Notes: generated by a model not told the origin, from the sequence alone. A DNA stretch of 64,000 nucleotides from Candidatus Woesearchaeota archaeon (GCA_018655015.1 JABIKK010000013.1:44071-108070), one strand, 5' to 3'; numbered from the stretch's first letter, positions 1-10,037 are shown. Made by a program: numbers and translations.

Positions 1-128
1 AATTAGGACAAAGTTTCTTAGTACGGTTTAGGACCAATACCAAGAGTCCAATCCTCTCGACTGCTTCAGCCCCACCCTAAAGCCGATTTGTGGTTACAAG
101 GCACGACTACTGCCCCGGCCTAGCCTGC
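1..128 (-). ncRNA. ffs: SRP RNA (7S), 5' Alu-domain portion; continues beyond the left window edge
   Basis: Minus strand reads GCAGGCTAGGCCGGGGCAGTAGTCGTGCCTTGTAACCACAAATCGGCTTTAGGGTGGGGCTGAAGC: helix 3 (GGGCA/TGCCT), conserved TGTAA, helix 4 (CCAC/GTGG), loop-loop pairing AGTCG/CGGCT; TTAAATA box ~25 nt upstream. Confidence 0.88.
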
Positions 129-164
129 AAGAAATTTAAAGAAAAAGAATATTTAAGTCTATTG

Positions 165-822
165 TTAATCAATCAAAGTTAATTCACAAGTTCTACTTGT
201 TCCTCGGAAATTATTCCAAACTAATAAATTGAATCCCTCATTATTGTCTCCCCTTCCAGAATAATTATCAAATTCACCATCTGTAAAAAAAACAAGTACT
301 CCAAATATTAAACACGTGCTGAGTAGTACCGTCATCATCAGTACCATAATTATCCCATAATCTCCATCTTCCATTACTTGGAGCATAGTACAAAATATAT
401 GGTCCGCGATTAGCTGCTTCTTTTTGATATGTTGCAGTCCATTGAGTCATACCTATCCTAACCTCGCATCCATCAAAATCACCACAAAGGTCAGTTAAGA
501 TCGCATGATCTATTTCCTTATTGGTCCCACCATAATTTGCTGCAGTCGCAGTTATATGGTACCTCTCTAAATTAGTTGTATATTCCTCGGTCACATCATC
601 AATATCATGTCTAGCCTTAGCAAACTTGCCACCAAGCTCATTATTATCAATAGCCTCTTGTAAACTTTTTTCAGACCCACCTAAATTAACATATAAATCA
701 CCAGCATTATGTCCAAATGTATTGCCCCCTACACCTTGAACTAATAAGGTTCCTCCAATTAAAATAATCAAAACACTAAGAATATACATGTGCTTTTTTT
801 CAATATTAATCTTTAATTCCAT
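165..822 (-). pseudogene. Leader-family surface protein (paralog C), reading frame split at a T8 tract (ORFs 274-822 and 165-386)
   Basis: Same leader as neighbours; removing one T from the run at 285-292 gives continuous ...WSTCFFTDGEF...CELTLID*. Confidence 0.7.
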
Positions 823-823
823 T

Positions 824-1396
824 TTATTTTAATTCAAACCAAGTATGAATCATCCCTTCTACAAAGTGAGCCTTATATGTTGAACCAGAAGGAATAATTA
901 TAGAGATGTCACAACTTGCATAACTTCCCCTACCCTCATAAACCTTTTTAGAATCCACATAAAAATTTAATTCACAGCCATCCATACTATTATAACTTTC
1001 ATCACCAGTAATAACCACCATAATGGGCCTATCTTTATTATTAGTATACAACACATTTGAAGCCCTTGAGGATTCAACATTTGCCCAATTTTGACCTACT
1101 CCAACACTACCCGAACTAACTAAATCATCAGAAGTCGCAATACTATCATCATCTATTGCTTCTTGTAAAGTTTTTTCTATTGCATTAATAGTTACTAATG
1201 AACCAAAGTCCCCATCAGAGACTGCACTTTGTAAAGTTTTTATTACTCCTCCCCCAACATCTACATAAATGTCCTCGGAATCATGTCCAAAATTATTAAC
1301 ACCTTGTCCTTGAACAAACAACATTCCACCAATTAGAATAATTAAAACACTAAGAATATACATGTGCTTTTTTTCAATATTTATTTTTAGTTCCAT
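824..1396 (-). CDS. Leader-family surface protein (paralog B) with tail-fibre-like C-terminal domain
   Basis: MELKINIEKKHMY+hydrophobic helix+VQGQGVNNFGH; C-terminal GVGQNW..V..SRA..V.YTN..DRPIMV..IP.GSTYK. Confidence 0.8.
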   Translation of the reverse strand: MELKINIEKKHMYILSVLIILIGGMLFVQGQGVNNFGHDSEDIYVDVGGGVIKTLQSAVSDGDFGSLVTINAIEKTLQEAIDDDSIATSDDLVSSGSVGVGQNWANVESSRASNVLYTNNKDRPIMVVITGDESYNSMDGCELNFYVDSKKVYEGRGSYASCDISIIIPSGSTYKAHFVEGMIHTWFELK

Positions 1397-1397
1397 T

Positions 1398-1919
1398 TTA
1401 TTTTAGCTCATGCCAAAGTTGGATCCCGCCATGTCCCCTGTAAGGATCTGAAGTTACTTTATATGTTGAACCAGCAGGAACAAGGATATAAATTGGACAA
1501 GTCTTAGAGTACTTGTCATTGTTGTTGCTATTTCTTGCAACACGCTCACTGTCTATATAAAAACTAATTTCGCAACCATTCACATTAGGATTAGGATTCC
1601 ACGTAGTTACGGAAACCATAATTGGCTTACTTCCCGAATTAGTATAATCTGTATCCAAAGACCTACTAGCCTTAACGTCAGTCCAAGTTTGACCAACACC
1701 AAGTCCATTTGCAACATCATCAGAGGTAACTAACTTTCCATTGTTTATTGCTTCTTTCAAGCTCATATCAACACCACCAACAGTAACATAGAGCTCATTT
1801 GAATCATGTCCAAAATTATTAACTCCCTGTCCCTGAACAAACAGGATGCTTCCGATTGCTACAATCAAAACACTAAGAATATACATATGTTTCTTTCGAA
1901 CATTAATTTTAATTTCCAT
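1398..1919 (-). CDS. Leader-family surface protein (paralog A) with tail-fibre-like C-terminal domain
   Basis: ATG at 1919 preceded by GGAGAGGT; same leader; GVGQTWTDVKASRSL.T.YTNSGSKPIMVSV..VPAGSTYK. Confidence 0.8.
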   Translation of the reverse strand: MEIKINVRKKHMYILSVLIVAIGSILFVQGQGVNNFGHDSNELYVTVGGVDMSLKEAINNGKLVTSDDVANGLGVGQTWTDVKASRSLDTDYTNSGSKPIMVSVTTWNPNPNVNGCEISFYIDSERVARNSNNNDKYSKTCPIYILVPAGSTYKVTSDPYRGHGGIQLWHELK

Positions 1920-2012
1920 CTTACCTCTCCAACAAAAACAACACAAATATACTATTTAAACCTTTTTCAAATACTCCAAAAAGCTATTAAAACCCATAAA
2001 ACCCTTCTAAAA

Positions 2013-3719
2013 ATGGAAAAAAAGAAATTCATGTTAAAGCTATCCAAAATGAGCTTCAAAACTCAAGAGGAATTTAACAAAACTAAACATCAATTGGCTA
2101 GAGAGTTCCACCTATCAGAAGTTCCAAAAAATGCAGAAATTCTATCAACAATACCTGAAAAAGACAGAAAAAAACTAGAAAACATTCTTCAAAGCAAACC
2201 AGTTAGAACAATATCGGGCGTAGCCCCTGTTGCAATAATGGCTGCACCAATAGCATGTCCACCACAAGCAAAATGTACATATTGTCCAGGCGGACCAGGA
2301 TCAATATTTGGAAACACTCCTAAAAGTTATACTGATGGAGCACCTGCAGTAAAAAGAGCTATTAGAAATAAATACGATCCATACTTACAAGTATTCAATA
2401 GATTAGAACACTATCTACTTCTCAAACATAATCCTTCAAAAGTTGAACTAATAATAATGGGTGGGACTTTTCCAAATTTTCCAAAAACTTACAGGGATGA
2501 TTTCATAAAGTTTGCAATGAAGGCAATGAATGATTTCTCAGATGAATTCTTCACAAATGAAGGAAAACTAAAAGAGAAAAAGTTCAAAGAGTTCTTCATG
2601 CTTCCAGGAAAAATAACCTCTCCAGAAAGAGAAATGGAACTTCAAGAAAAGATGACTAAATTAAAAAATAAAAATAAGACCACCCTGGAAGAAGAACAAA
2701 GAAGAAACGAAAATAAAAAAATAAGATGTATTGCATTAGTAATTGAAACAAGACCAGATTGTTCTATGAAAGATGAGATAAACGAGATGTTAAGAATTGG
2801 AACCACAAGAGTAGAGTTGGGTCTACAAAGTCTAAGAGACGAAGTACTAAAAGAAGTAAAAAGAGGGCATTCAGTTGATGATGCTATAAAATCAACTCAA
2901 CTTCTAAAAGACTCTTTAATGAAAATAACATACCACATGATGTTGGGGCTTCCACTAACAAATGAAAAACAAGACATTGATACCTACAAAGAACTTTTCA
3001 CAAATCCAGACTTCAAACCGGATTCACTAAAAATTTATCCCTGCCTTGTAATGGCCGGAACACCCCTCTATGAGGATTATAAGAAATGTAAATTCCAACC
3101 AATAAACACTGAAGAAGCAACTAAAAGAATAATCGAAATAAAAAAAGAAATTCCAGAATACTGCAGAATAATGAGAATTCAAAGAGACATCCCAACATTC
3201 ATGACGGAAGCCGGTGTCGATAAAACAAATCTGAGGCAACTAATACAACAAAAACTACACAAGGCTAAACAAAATTGTAGATGTATTCGATGTAGAGAAC
3301 CAAAAAATAGAGAAGTTAGTTTAGATCATGTGAAAACAAAAATAAATAAATACAAAGCTTCAAACGGAACAGAATTCTTTATCTCAAAAGAAGATACAAA
3401 AAATGATATTCTATTGGGATATGCGAGACTAAGAATCCCTTACAAACCATTCAGAAAAGAAATAACAGACAAAACTGCAGGAATCAGAGAACTACATGTA
3501 TTCGGAACATCTCTAGACCTAAAAAACAAACCAAAGACGAGTTCAGAATCACAACATAGAGGATATGGAAAAGAATTAATGCAGGAAGCAGAAAAAATAG
3601 CCAAAGAAGATTATGATAAAAACAAAATGGTAGTTATTTCAGGAATAGGTGTAAGAGAATACTACAACAAAATTTTAAAATACAAACAAGACGGACCTTA
3701 CGTTTCTAAAAAATTATAA
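2013..3719 (+). CDS. elp3: Elp3 tRNA U34 carboxymethyltransferase (radical SAM + GNAT)
   Basis: VRTISGVAPVA, CPxxxxCxYCPGGP, ETRPD, RIQRDIP, RELHV, QHRGYG; start moved to ATG 2013 to avoid overlap with the divergent gene. Confidence 0.95.
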   Translation: MEKKKFMLKLSKMSFKTQEEFNKTKHQLAREFHLSEVPKNAEILSTIPEKDRKKLENILQSKPVRTISGVAPVAIMAAPIACPPQAKCTYCPGGPGSIFGNTPKSYTDGAPAVKRAIRNKYDPYLQVFNRLEHYLLLKHNPSKVELIIMGGTFPNFPKTYRDDFIKFAMKAMNDFSDEFFTNEGKLKEKKFKEFFMLPGKITSPEREMELQEKMTKLKNKNKTTLEEEQRRNENKKIRCIALVIETRPDCSMKDEINEMLRIGTTRVELGLQSLRDEVLKEVKRGHSVDDAIKSTQLLKDSLMKITYHMMLGLPLTNEKQDIDTYKELFTNPDFKPDSLKIYPCLVMAGTPLYEDYKKCKFQPINTEEATKRIIEIKKEIPEYCRIMRIQRDIPTFMTEAGVDKTNLRQLIQQKLHKAKQNCRCIRCREPKNREVSLDHVKTKINKYKASNGTEFFISKEDTKNDILLGYARLRIPYKPFRKEITDKTAGIRELHVFGTSLDLKNKPKTSSESQHRGYGKELMQEAEKIAKEDYDKNKMVVISGIGVREYYNKILKYKQDGPYVSKKL

Positions 3720-3729
3720 AATATAGCAC

Positions 3730-4170
3730 TTAATTAGATTTAAGAACGGCCTCTATCCTCTTCAAGATATCCACTGCATCATTAATGCCACAACGATTTG
3801 TACACAATCTCAACTTATAGCTAAGCGATCTAGCTCTATCAGAAAGTTTATCAATAGAATCCTTAACCGAATAGTAATCTCTTTGTGCTTGAAGTACCTT
3901 ATCCTCACTAAAACCATAAGGATGGGTCCTAATATTTTCTAACCTTGCCATTCCAGCCTTTATTTTTGTATCAAGTCTTTCAATTTCAGTCGCCAGTAAT
4001 TGCAGTTCATTTAAATGTGCACGTACCCTACGTAGGAAATCTAACAGTTTTATCCTCGCAGACTCTTTTCTGCTACCTTTAAACCTAATAAAATCAGAAA
4101 TAAGTAGATTTGACTTTTGAACAAGCCTCGGTTTGTTCACATCCCGTAATTTCCTAAACCACCCCATCAT
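3730..4170 (-). CDS. Hypothetical basic coiled-coil protein
   Basis: 146-aa ORF filling the gap, GGGGTG RBS-like motif upstream. Confidence 0.65.
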   Translation of the reverse strand: MMGWFRKLRDVNKPRLVQKSNLLISDFIRFKGSRKESARIKLLDFLRRVRAHLNELQLLATEIERLDTKIKAGMARLENIRTHPYGFSEDKVLQAQRDYYSVKDSIDKLSDRARSLSYKLRLCTNRCGINDAVDILKRIEAVLKSN

Positions 4171-4192
4171 ACACCCCGATTAACCATGTTCT

Positions 4193-7165
4193 TTAAGTTT
4201 TAACAATCTCCACTTCTAACTTGCCCGATCTAAACATATAAAATAACATCAATGCAAGTATTGCAAGAACCCAACTAAACATACCAAATACAGGACCTTT
4301 AACAGAAGGTTCCAAACTACAATCAACTCTTTCTAATGGATCAACTGAACAAACTCCAGTAATACAAGAGTTACAATTTCTAGTTCTCTCGCCATTCTCA
4401 CAATCAGTCCAAGCTCCACAAACCCATGCGTATCCTCCACCTAAGGAAGAACAGCTTGGTTCTACAACATCAGGATAATTCTTAACATCGCAAATATCAG
4501 CTACACAAGTTCCAAAATCAGGATTACAAGATTCGCCACTAGCACATTGAACTTCATTACTTAATTCATTACAACCATTACCATCATAATCACCACAGAA
4601 AGCAACTCCTACCGAAGTACACACTGCCGTGCCCCTAACACAATAAGAAGAACAACCGTCTCCACTTCCAGAACCACTCATTCCTTCAAACAAACAAGTA
4701 TCAGTACAACCATCACCACTAACAGTGTTTCCATCATCACATTGTTCGCCAGGATCAATATTACTATCTCCACAATAGCTGTCTGTAGCAGTAACAGTTA
4801 ACAAATCACTAGGAGGTGCAATTCCGCCACCAAAGTTATAGCCCTTGGCTCTCCATCTAGCATCATCAGGATCAGGTCCAGGATTATTATTCTCGGAAGT
4901 CCAATTAGTGGTTCCGGAAGTTCCAGAAACAGTTATTGGACTAGGTTTAACAACTGAAAGTTCTTGAGTATCTTCATTGATAACATCAACATCAAAGACC
5001 AGATTATTACATCGATCATCACCATCTAAATCTAAAGTTAAAACAACATTGTCTCCTCTTTCCGCAGTCAAAGTACTCCACTTAAAGCTAGCACCTTGTA
5101 ATGCAAGAGTACATTCAGAGCTACCCCCACCACCTTGATCACCAGTTTCTAAACAAGTATTCCTATCATTTGAATCAATATCACAAGCATTACCACAAGG
5201 ATCTCCAGTAGTTGAACCAGTACTTCCATCTTCATTATCTTGAGAGTTTTCACAATGTTCAACATCATAATCGACACCATTAACATTCACAGATTTACCT
5301 GCACAATCTGCATCATCTACACAAGCATAAGTTGAAACATTTCCTTCTGGATTAGATAAAGTATTAACATCTATACAAGTTCCAAAAGAGCCGTAGTTAG
5401 GTGTAATTGCACAATTATCAAGAGCATCTTCAATTCCATCCCCATCTGTATCAACAAAAGGTTCTATCTTACAGAATTCATCACAGCCATCCCCATTAAT
5501 ATTATTTCCATCATCACATTCTTCCGCACCTTCTTGAACACCGTCACCACATTCTCCAACACTTCCAGGCTCTAAATATTCACAACATAATTTATTGGAA
5601 AAATAACTACAATCTGCAGCATGAACATTATAATTTCCACCGTTTCCATCACCAAAGGAAAGTAAACATTCTTTTGCGCCACAATCAGAACTTCCAGCAA
5701 CTGTGTCACACTGAACTTTATCATAACAAACTTTTTGATAATATCCCTTCGGAGGTAATTCACTATCTGTTGATTCGGGAGCATAAATATGTCCTCCTCC
5801 AATCAAAGTCCCAGTAGCATGACCCTCAGTTCCGTTTCCAGCCAAGGTACTAACATCATTACCATTTGCAACCCTAATTGCATCATTCCAAGAATCCGCA
5901 ATAAATAAATTTCCAAATGCATCTAAATCTACACCTCTAACATGTGAAAATTTAGCACTCAAAAGTGGACCATCAACAAAGCCAGTTGTTCCATCACCTG
6001 CAAAATCACTTATTGTAGATCCAGCAACATCTATTTTCTTTATCTTTTGATTATTAGTATCAGCAACATATAATGAGTCTGAAGCAATATCATAAGTTAA
6101 TGCATAAGGTGCAGTGAAACCCGCTCCATAAACAGAACCGCCAACTCCTCCAGCATAATATGAAACTCCAAAACTGACCATGTCTAAACTCTTAATCCGA
6201 TTATTATCTTTATCTGCAATATAAACTAAATTCTCAGAAGGATTGTAACTAACACCAGTAGGATTGCTAAACTTAGCTTCGGGCCCAATAACTCCAGCCA
6301 AATCACCTTCAACACCACAAGTACCTGCAATTGTTGTAACGGCTCCATCAGCCAAACCGACTTGTCTAATACAGTGATTACCCGTATCTGCAACAATTAA
6401 ATTCCCAGAAGGACCAACCGTAATTCCAGTAGGTTGATTAAATCTAGCAGCGCCAGAAATTCCATCGCTTGTCCCACTTGTACCACAAGCCCCTGCAAAG
6501 GCTCCAGAAACACTCCCATCATTCAAGAACACCCTTCTAATACAATGGTTATCTCTATCTGCAACATAAAAATAATCTCCAACTAAAACATCTCTAACTA
6601 AAACTAATCCTGCAGGATAATTAAACTTAGCAGTTGTAGCTCCACCAGGAGTAGTTCCACTTGTACCACAAGTTCCACTAAAATGTTCGGCCAGACCATT
6701 ACCACCAATCTCCCTTATACAATGACTCATTGCATCCGTAACATAAGCAGTTGTAAAACTATTTGTGTCGACAACCGTTTCAATCCCATTGGGTTCATAA
6801 AATGTTGAAGAAATACTTAACCCATTTGAAATATACGCAATTAAATTAGAATTATCAGCATAGCAACTTCTCGTAGGCCCATCAACTCTTAAACTAAATG
6901 ATAACTCGGCACAATAATCCACACTTTCTCCAGAACCAATCATAGAAATATGAGAATTATTTTTCAAAAATAAACCAACAACATCTTTATCGCCACAAGC
7001 CCCTGCAACACTCTCTTCAACAACCATACCCGTTACACTTCCAGGCCCTAAAGAACTAACAACATCTGCAACAGAAGGAGAACTTAAATCATCAATATTA
7101 AATGCCAGAAATGATGCAAATATAACTAAAAACGCTGGAAATAATATACGATGCTCTTCTCTCAT
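4193..7165 (-). CDS. Large surface protein: NHL-repeat beta-propeller, Cys-rich CGDG..ECDDGN repeats, TSP3-like Ca-binding motif, C-terminal membrane anchor
   Basis: Repeated AKFNYPxG..YVADxxNHxIR; two CGDx..ECDDGN..GDGC units; DTDGDGIEDALDNC; terminal PVFG+TM+basic tail. Confidence 0.88.
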   Translation of the reverse strand: MREEHRILFPAFLVIFASFLAFNIDDLSSPSVADVVSSLGPGSVTGMVVEESVAGACGDKDVVGLFLKNNSHISMIGSGESVDYCAELSFSLRVDGPTRSCYADNSNLIAYISNGLSISSTFYEPNGIETVVDTNSFTTAYVTDAMSHCIREIGGNGLAEHFSGTCGTSGTTPGGATTAKFNYPAGLVLVRDVLVGDYFYVADRDNHCIRRVFLNDGSVSGAFAGACGTSGTSDGISGAARFNQPTGITVGPSGNLIVADTGNHCIRQVGLADGAVTTIAGTCGVEGDLAGVIGPEAKFSNPTGVSYNPSENLVYIADKDNNRIKSLDMVSFGVSYYAGGVGGSVYGAGFTAPYALTYDIASDSLYVADTNNQKIKKIDVAGSTISDFAGDGTTGFVDGPLLSAKFSHVRGVDLDAFGNLFIADSWNDAIRVANGNDVSTLAGNGTEGHATGTLIGGGHIYAPESTDSELPPKGYYQKVCYDKVQCDTVAGSSDCGAKECLLSFGDGNGGNYNVHAADCSYFSNKLCCEYLEPGSVGECGDGVQEGAEECDDGNNINGDGCDEFCKIEPFVDTDGDGIEDALDNCAITPNYGSFGTCIDVNTLSNPEGNVSTYACVDDADCAGKSVNVNGVDYDVEHCENSQDNEDGSTGSTTGDPCGNACDIDSNDRNTCLETGDQGGGGSSECTLALQGASFKWSTLTAERGDNVVLTLDLDGDDRCNNLVFDVDVINEDTQELSVVKPSPITVSGTSGTTNWTSENNNPGPDPDDARWRAKGYNFGGGIAPPSDLLTVTATDSYCGDSNIDPGEQCDDGNTVSGDGCTDTCLFEGMSGSGSGDGCSSYCVRGTAVCTSVGVAFCGDYDGNGCNELSNEVQCASGESCNPDFGTCVADICDVKNYPDVVEPSCSSLGGGYAWVCGAWTDCENGERTRNCNSCITGVCSVDPLERVDCSLEPSVKGPVFGMFSWVLAILALMLFYMFRSGKLEVEIVKT

Positions 7166-7276
7166 CAAAACAACCTCTTCAATACAATTCAAAGCAGAAA
7201 ATCACTTATAAATGTTTGCAAAAAACCTTTAGAAAGCTATTTATAACATTTTAACCACCCATAAAACACCAACACG

Positions 7277-7567
7277 ATGATAGAACTAGGCGGAAATATT
7301 AAGCTTAAAGGGTTCAGTGAACTCGATGCAGCAACCCTCATAGTAGTAAAGAAAATTGTAGGGAACTATACAAAGAAATTAACGAGCGATCATCCAGATT
7401 TTACAGAATTACTTCTTGAACTTAATCAAACAGAAGACCAAAAGTTCAATATTAACGCTAATTTTTCCAGAAAATCGGGAGAATTGACATCAAATGTAGA
7501 TGGGGGAAACATCTTCTTCGCCATAAGCGAGGCCTTAGAAGGGATTAACCCAAAATCAAAAAAGTAG
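7277..7567 (+). CDS. Small conserved protein, possible HPF/RaiA-like fold
   Basis: 96 aa, beta-alpha-beta-beta-beta-alpha pattern ending ..NIFFAISEAL; upstream of rpl21e. Confidence 0.55.
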   Translation: MIELGGNIKLKGFSELDAATLIVVKKIVGNYTKKLTSDHPDFTELLLELNQTEDQKFNINANFSRKSGELTSNVDGGNIFFAISEALEGINPKSKK

Positions 7568-7647
7568 AGATTTCTACGAAGAAAACATTTATAAAACCAA
7601 ATAACCAATACCAGATACCTAAACACAAGATTTACGGAGTTTTTACA

Positions 7648-7938
7648 ATGGCAACTAGAGTTGGTGGATTTAGAAGAAAGACAAGAAGTAAACTGAGAAA
7701 GAGCCCTAAAGAAAAAGGGAAGATCAGTATTAGAAAGTACTTCCAAGAACTAAAGGCAGGAAATAAAGTCTGTTTTAAAGCAGAGCCCGCTGTACAAAAG
7801 GGAATGTACTTCCCAAGATTCCATGGAAAAACTGGAGAAGTAATAGAAAAAAACGGTTCATGCTACAAAGTCAAATTCAAAGATGGAAATAAACAAAAAA
7901 TAATCATTGCACATCCAGTGCATCTAAAAAAACTATAA
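7648..7938 (+). CDS. rpl21e: 50S ribosomal protein eL21
   Basis: GFRRKTRSKL, PRFHGKTG, HPVHL. Confidence 0.97.
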   Translation: MATRVGGFRRKTRSKLRKSPKEKGKISIRKYFQELKAGNKVCFKAEPAVQKGMYFPRFHGKTGEVIEKNGSCYKVKFKDGNKQKIIIAHPVHLKKL

Positions 7939-7939
7939 A

Positions 7940-8287
7940 ATGGCAGAAATTGAAATAAAAAGTCAAACACCTCTAACATACGCAGAGGTTGCAAAGAAAC
8001 TAGAGATAGTTAAAAAGCATAGAAAGAAAGATGAAGAACCAGGGTTCAGAACTAAAAAAGCAGAAGAGTTCCTTGAAACCATTGGAAAAGAACAAATAAA
8101 AAAAGTAGAAGACCTACAAAAAAAATTAACAGATCTTAATATTCCTAGAGTTAAGGAAAGACAAATAATTAATCTTGCGAACTTAATGCCTGAGGATGAA
8201 GATAGTGTAAAAATAATACTCGCAAACGACAACATAACTTTGAAACAAGAAGATGTGAAAAAGATTGTTGATTGCATAACAAAGTAG
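7940..8287 (+). CDS. rpo4: RNA polymerase subunit Rpo4 (F)
   Basis: Conserved rpl21e-rpoF-DUF655 order; NLMPEDEDSVKII. Confidence 0.85.
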   Translation: MAEIEIKSQTPLTYAEVAKKLEIVKKHRKKDEEPGFRTKKAEEFLETIGKEQIKKVEDLQKKLTDLNIPRVKERQIINLANLMPEDEDSVKIILANDNITLKQEDVKKIVDCITK

Positions 8288-8301
8288 AATGCAAAAAATA
8301 A

Positions 8302-8862
8302 ATGAACAGAATAGTAAGAGAAGAAAAAGCTATAATCCTAGATTTTCTTCCGAACGGGTATCCATCGGATACAAGACCTGCACATATGAAGACAGCTGTA
8401 GCTCAAGCTATGGGTGCTAATCACTTTATTCTATTAGAGATAGTTCCTAAAAAAGGAGTTTTCTTAAAATTCGAACAAGAAGTTTACATGGGTGAAGGTA
8501 AGAGAGAAGAAGTACATCACATTTCTGGGAGAATCAACTTCCTAAGATTAACCCAAACTGCTAAGATGAACCTAGAAGACTTACTGAAAAAGTTAGTCAC
8601 AGCATCAGAAGAAAAATTCATAGAATTCTTCAATAAAGCTGGACCAATTAATGCAAGAAGACACCAGTTAGAACTAATCCCAGGTATAGGTAAAAAACAC
8701 ATGTGGGAGATACTTGAAAAGCGTGAAGAAAAGCCATTTGAGAATTTCAAAGACTTAAAGGAAAGAGTAAAACTGATGCCAAATCCAGAAAGTGCAATCA
8801 TAAAGAGAATTATACTAGAATTAAACGAAGAAGATAAGCACAGGCTCTTTGTGGGCAACTAG
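8302..8862 (+). CDS. DUF655 RNA-binding protein (OB fold + HhH)
   Basis: LDFLPNG, FILLE, FFNKAGPI..RRHQLELIPGIGKK. Confidence 0.93.
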   Translation: MNRIVREEKAIILDFLPNGYPSDTRPAHMKTAVAQAMGANHFILLEIVPKKGVFLKFEQEVYMGEGKREEVHHISGRINFLRLTQTAKMNLEDLLKKLVTASEEKFIEFFNKAGPINARRHQLELIPGIGKKHMWEILEKREEKPFENFKDLKERVKLMPNPESAIIKRIILELNEEDKHRLFVGN

Positions 8863-8908
8863 AGACCAAAATGCTTTTAAATAGTCTTCCGCCCAACTCT
8901 CAAATAAA

Positions 8909-9376
8909 ATGACTCAAGAGATTAAGAACTTAATAAGATTGGCAAATACTGACATTGTAGGCCAGAAGAATATCCTATATGGTCTTACAAAAATCAAAGG
9001 TGTTAGCCTAGCTTTTTCTAACGCAATCTGTGAAGTTCTAAAAATAGACAAATTTGGTAAAATTGGGACCATGGATGAAAAAACTAAAGAGTCAATTGAA
9101 AATAAAATTAAAAATCCAGAGGGTGTACCAACTTGGATGTTCAACAGAAAAAAGGACTTTGACACAGGTGAAGATAAACATTTAACAGGTCCAAAATTAA
9201 AACTTACAAAAGAATTTGATATTAGACGTATGAAGAAAATAAAATCTTACAAGGGAGTAAGACACATGTTCAATCTTCCAGTAAGAGGCCAAAGAACAAA
9301 GGGTAACTTCAGAAGAGGAACCGTTGTTGGCGTAGTAAAGAAGGGAGCTCAAAAGGCAGGAGCAAAGAAGAAGTAA
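8909..9376 (+). CDS. rps13: 30S ribosomal protein uS13
   Basis: LTKIKGV, WMFNRKKD, SYKGVRH..LPVRGQRT. Confidence 0.97.
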   Translation: MTQEIKNLIRLANTDIVGQKNILYGLTKIKGVSLAFSNAICEVLKIDKFGKIGTMDEKTKESIENKIKNPEGVPTWMFNRKKDFDTGEDKHLTGPKLKLTKEFDIRRMKKIKSYKGVRHMFNLPVRGQRTKGNFRRGTVVGVVKKGAQKAGAKKK

Positions 9377-9377
9377 A

Positions 9378-10037
9378 ATGGGAACTGTAAGAAGACTTAG
9401 AAGTAAATATGATGGACCGTCGCACCCATGGGAAGCTGATAGGTTAGCTGAAGAAAAAAATCTTACAAAGGAATATGGCCTAAAAAATAAAAAAGAAATT
9501 TGGAAAATAAATTCTAAATTAAGAGGCTTAAAAACACAAGCAAAAAATCTAATCGCAGACAGAAGTGAACAAGCAAGAAAAGAAGAAAAATTACTTCTAG
9601 AAAAACTAGCAAGCTGGGGTGTCCTAAAAGAAGGAGCTACACTTGATGACGTTTTGGAAGTAAACGTAAGACAATTACTTGCAAGAAGATTACAATCAGT
9701 CACATTAACAAAAGGCCTTGCAAGAAGTAGCAGACAAGCCAGACAAATGATTTCTCACGGACATATTACAATCAATAAGAAAAAAACAAATATTCCTTCT
9801 TACTTAGTTAAGATTTCAGAAGAGTCAAAAATGGAATATTCACAAAATTCAAAATTCAAAGACTCTGAACATCCAGAATTAAACATTCAGAGAAAAGAAG
9901 ACCTTAAAAAAGTGGATGTAAAAGAAGTTCCTGTTAAAGAGAAACCAAAGGAAGCTCCTACTAAAGAAAAAGTTGAAGCTCCAGAACAACCTAAAGAAAC
10001 TAAAGTTGAACAACCAACTCAAGAGGTTAAACAATGA
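9378..10037 (+). CDS. rps4: 30S ribosomal protein uS4
   Basis: [27 protein letters not shown]; K/E/P-rich tail. Confidence 0.97.
   Translation: MGTVRRLRSKYDGPSHPWEADRLAEEKNLTKEYGLKNKKEIWKINSKLRGLKTQAKNLIADRSEQARKEEKLLLEKLASWGVLKEGATLDDVLEVNVRQLLARRLQSVTLTKGLARSSRQARQMISHGHITINKKKTNIPSYLVKISEESKMEYSQNSKFKDSEHPELNIQRKEDLKKVDVKEVPVKEKPKEAPTKEKVEAPEQPKETKVEQPTQEVKQ

Noticed and set aside
165-1919. Diversity-generating retroelement acting on the paralog tips
   Set aside because: No reverse transcriptase or template/variable repeat pair with adenine-specific differences seen in the window; tips differ wholesale.
1806-2012. N-terminal extension of Elp3 in the ORF track
   Set aside because: Overlaps the divergent gene and promoter region; ATG 2013 has a TATA-like box at normal spacing.
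9890-10037. K/E/P-rich repetitive tail of uS4
   Set aside because: Low-complexity r-protein tails are common; no exact DNA repeat unit.
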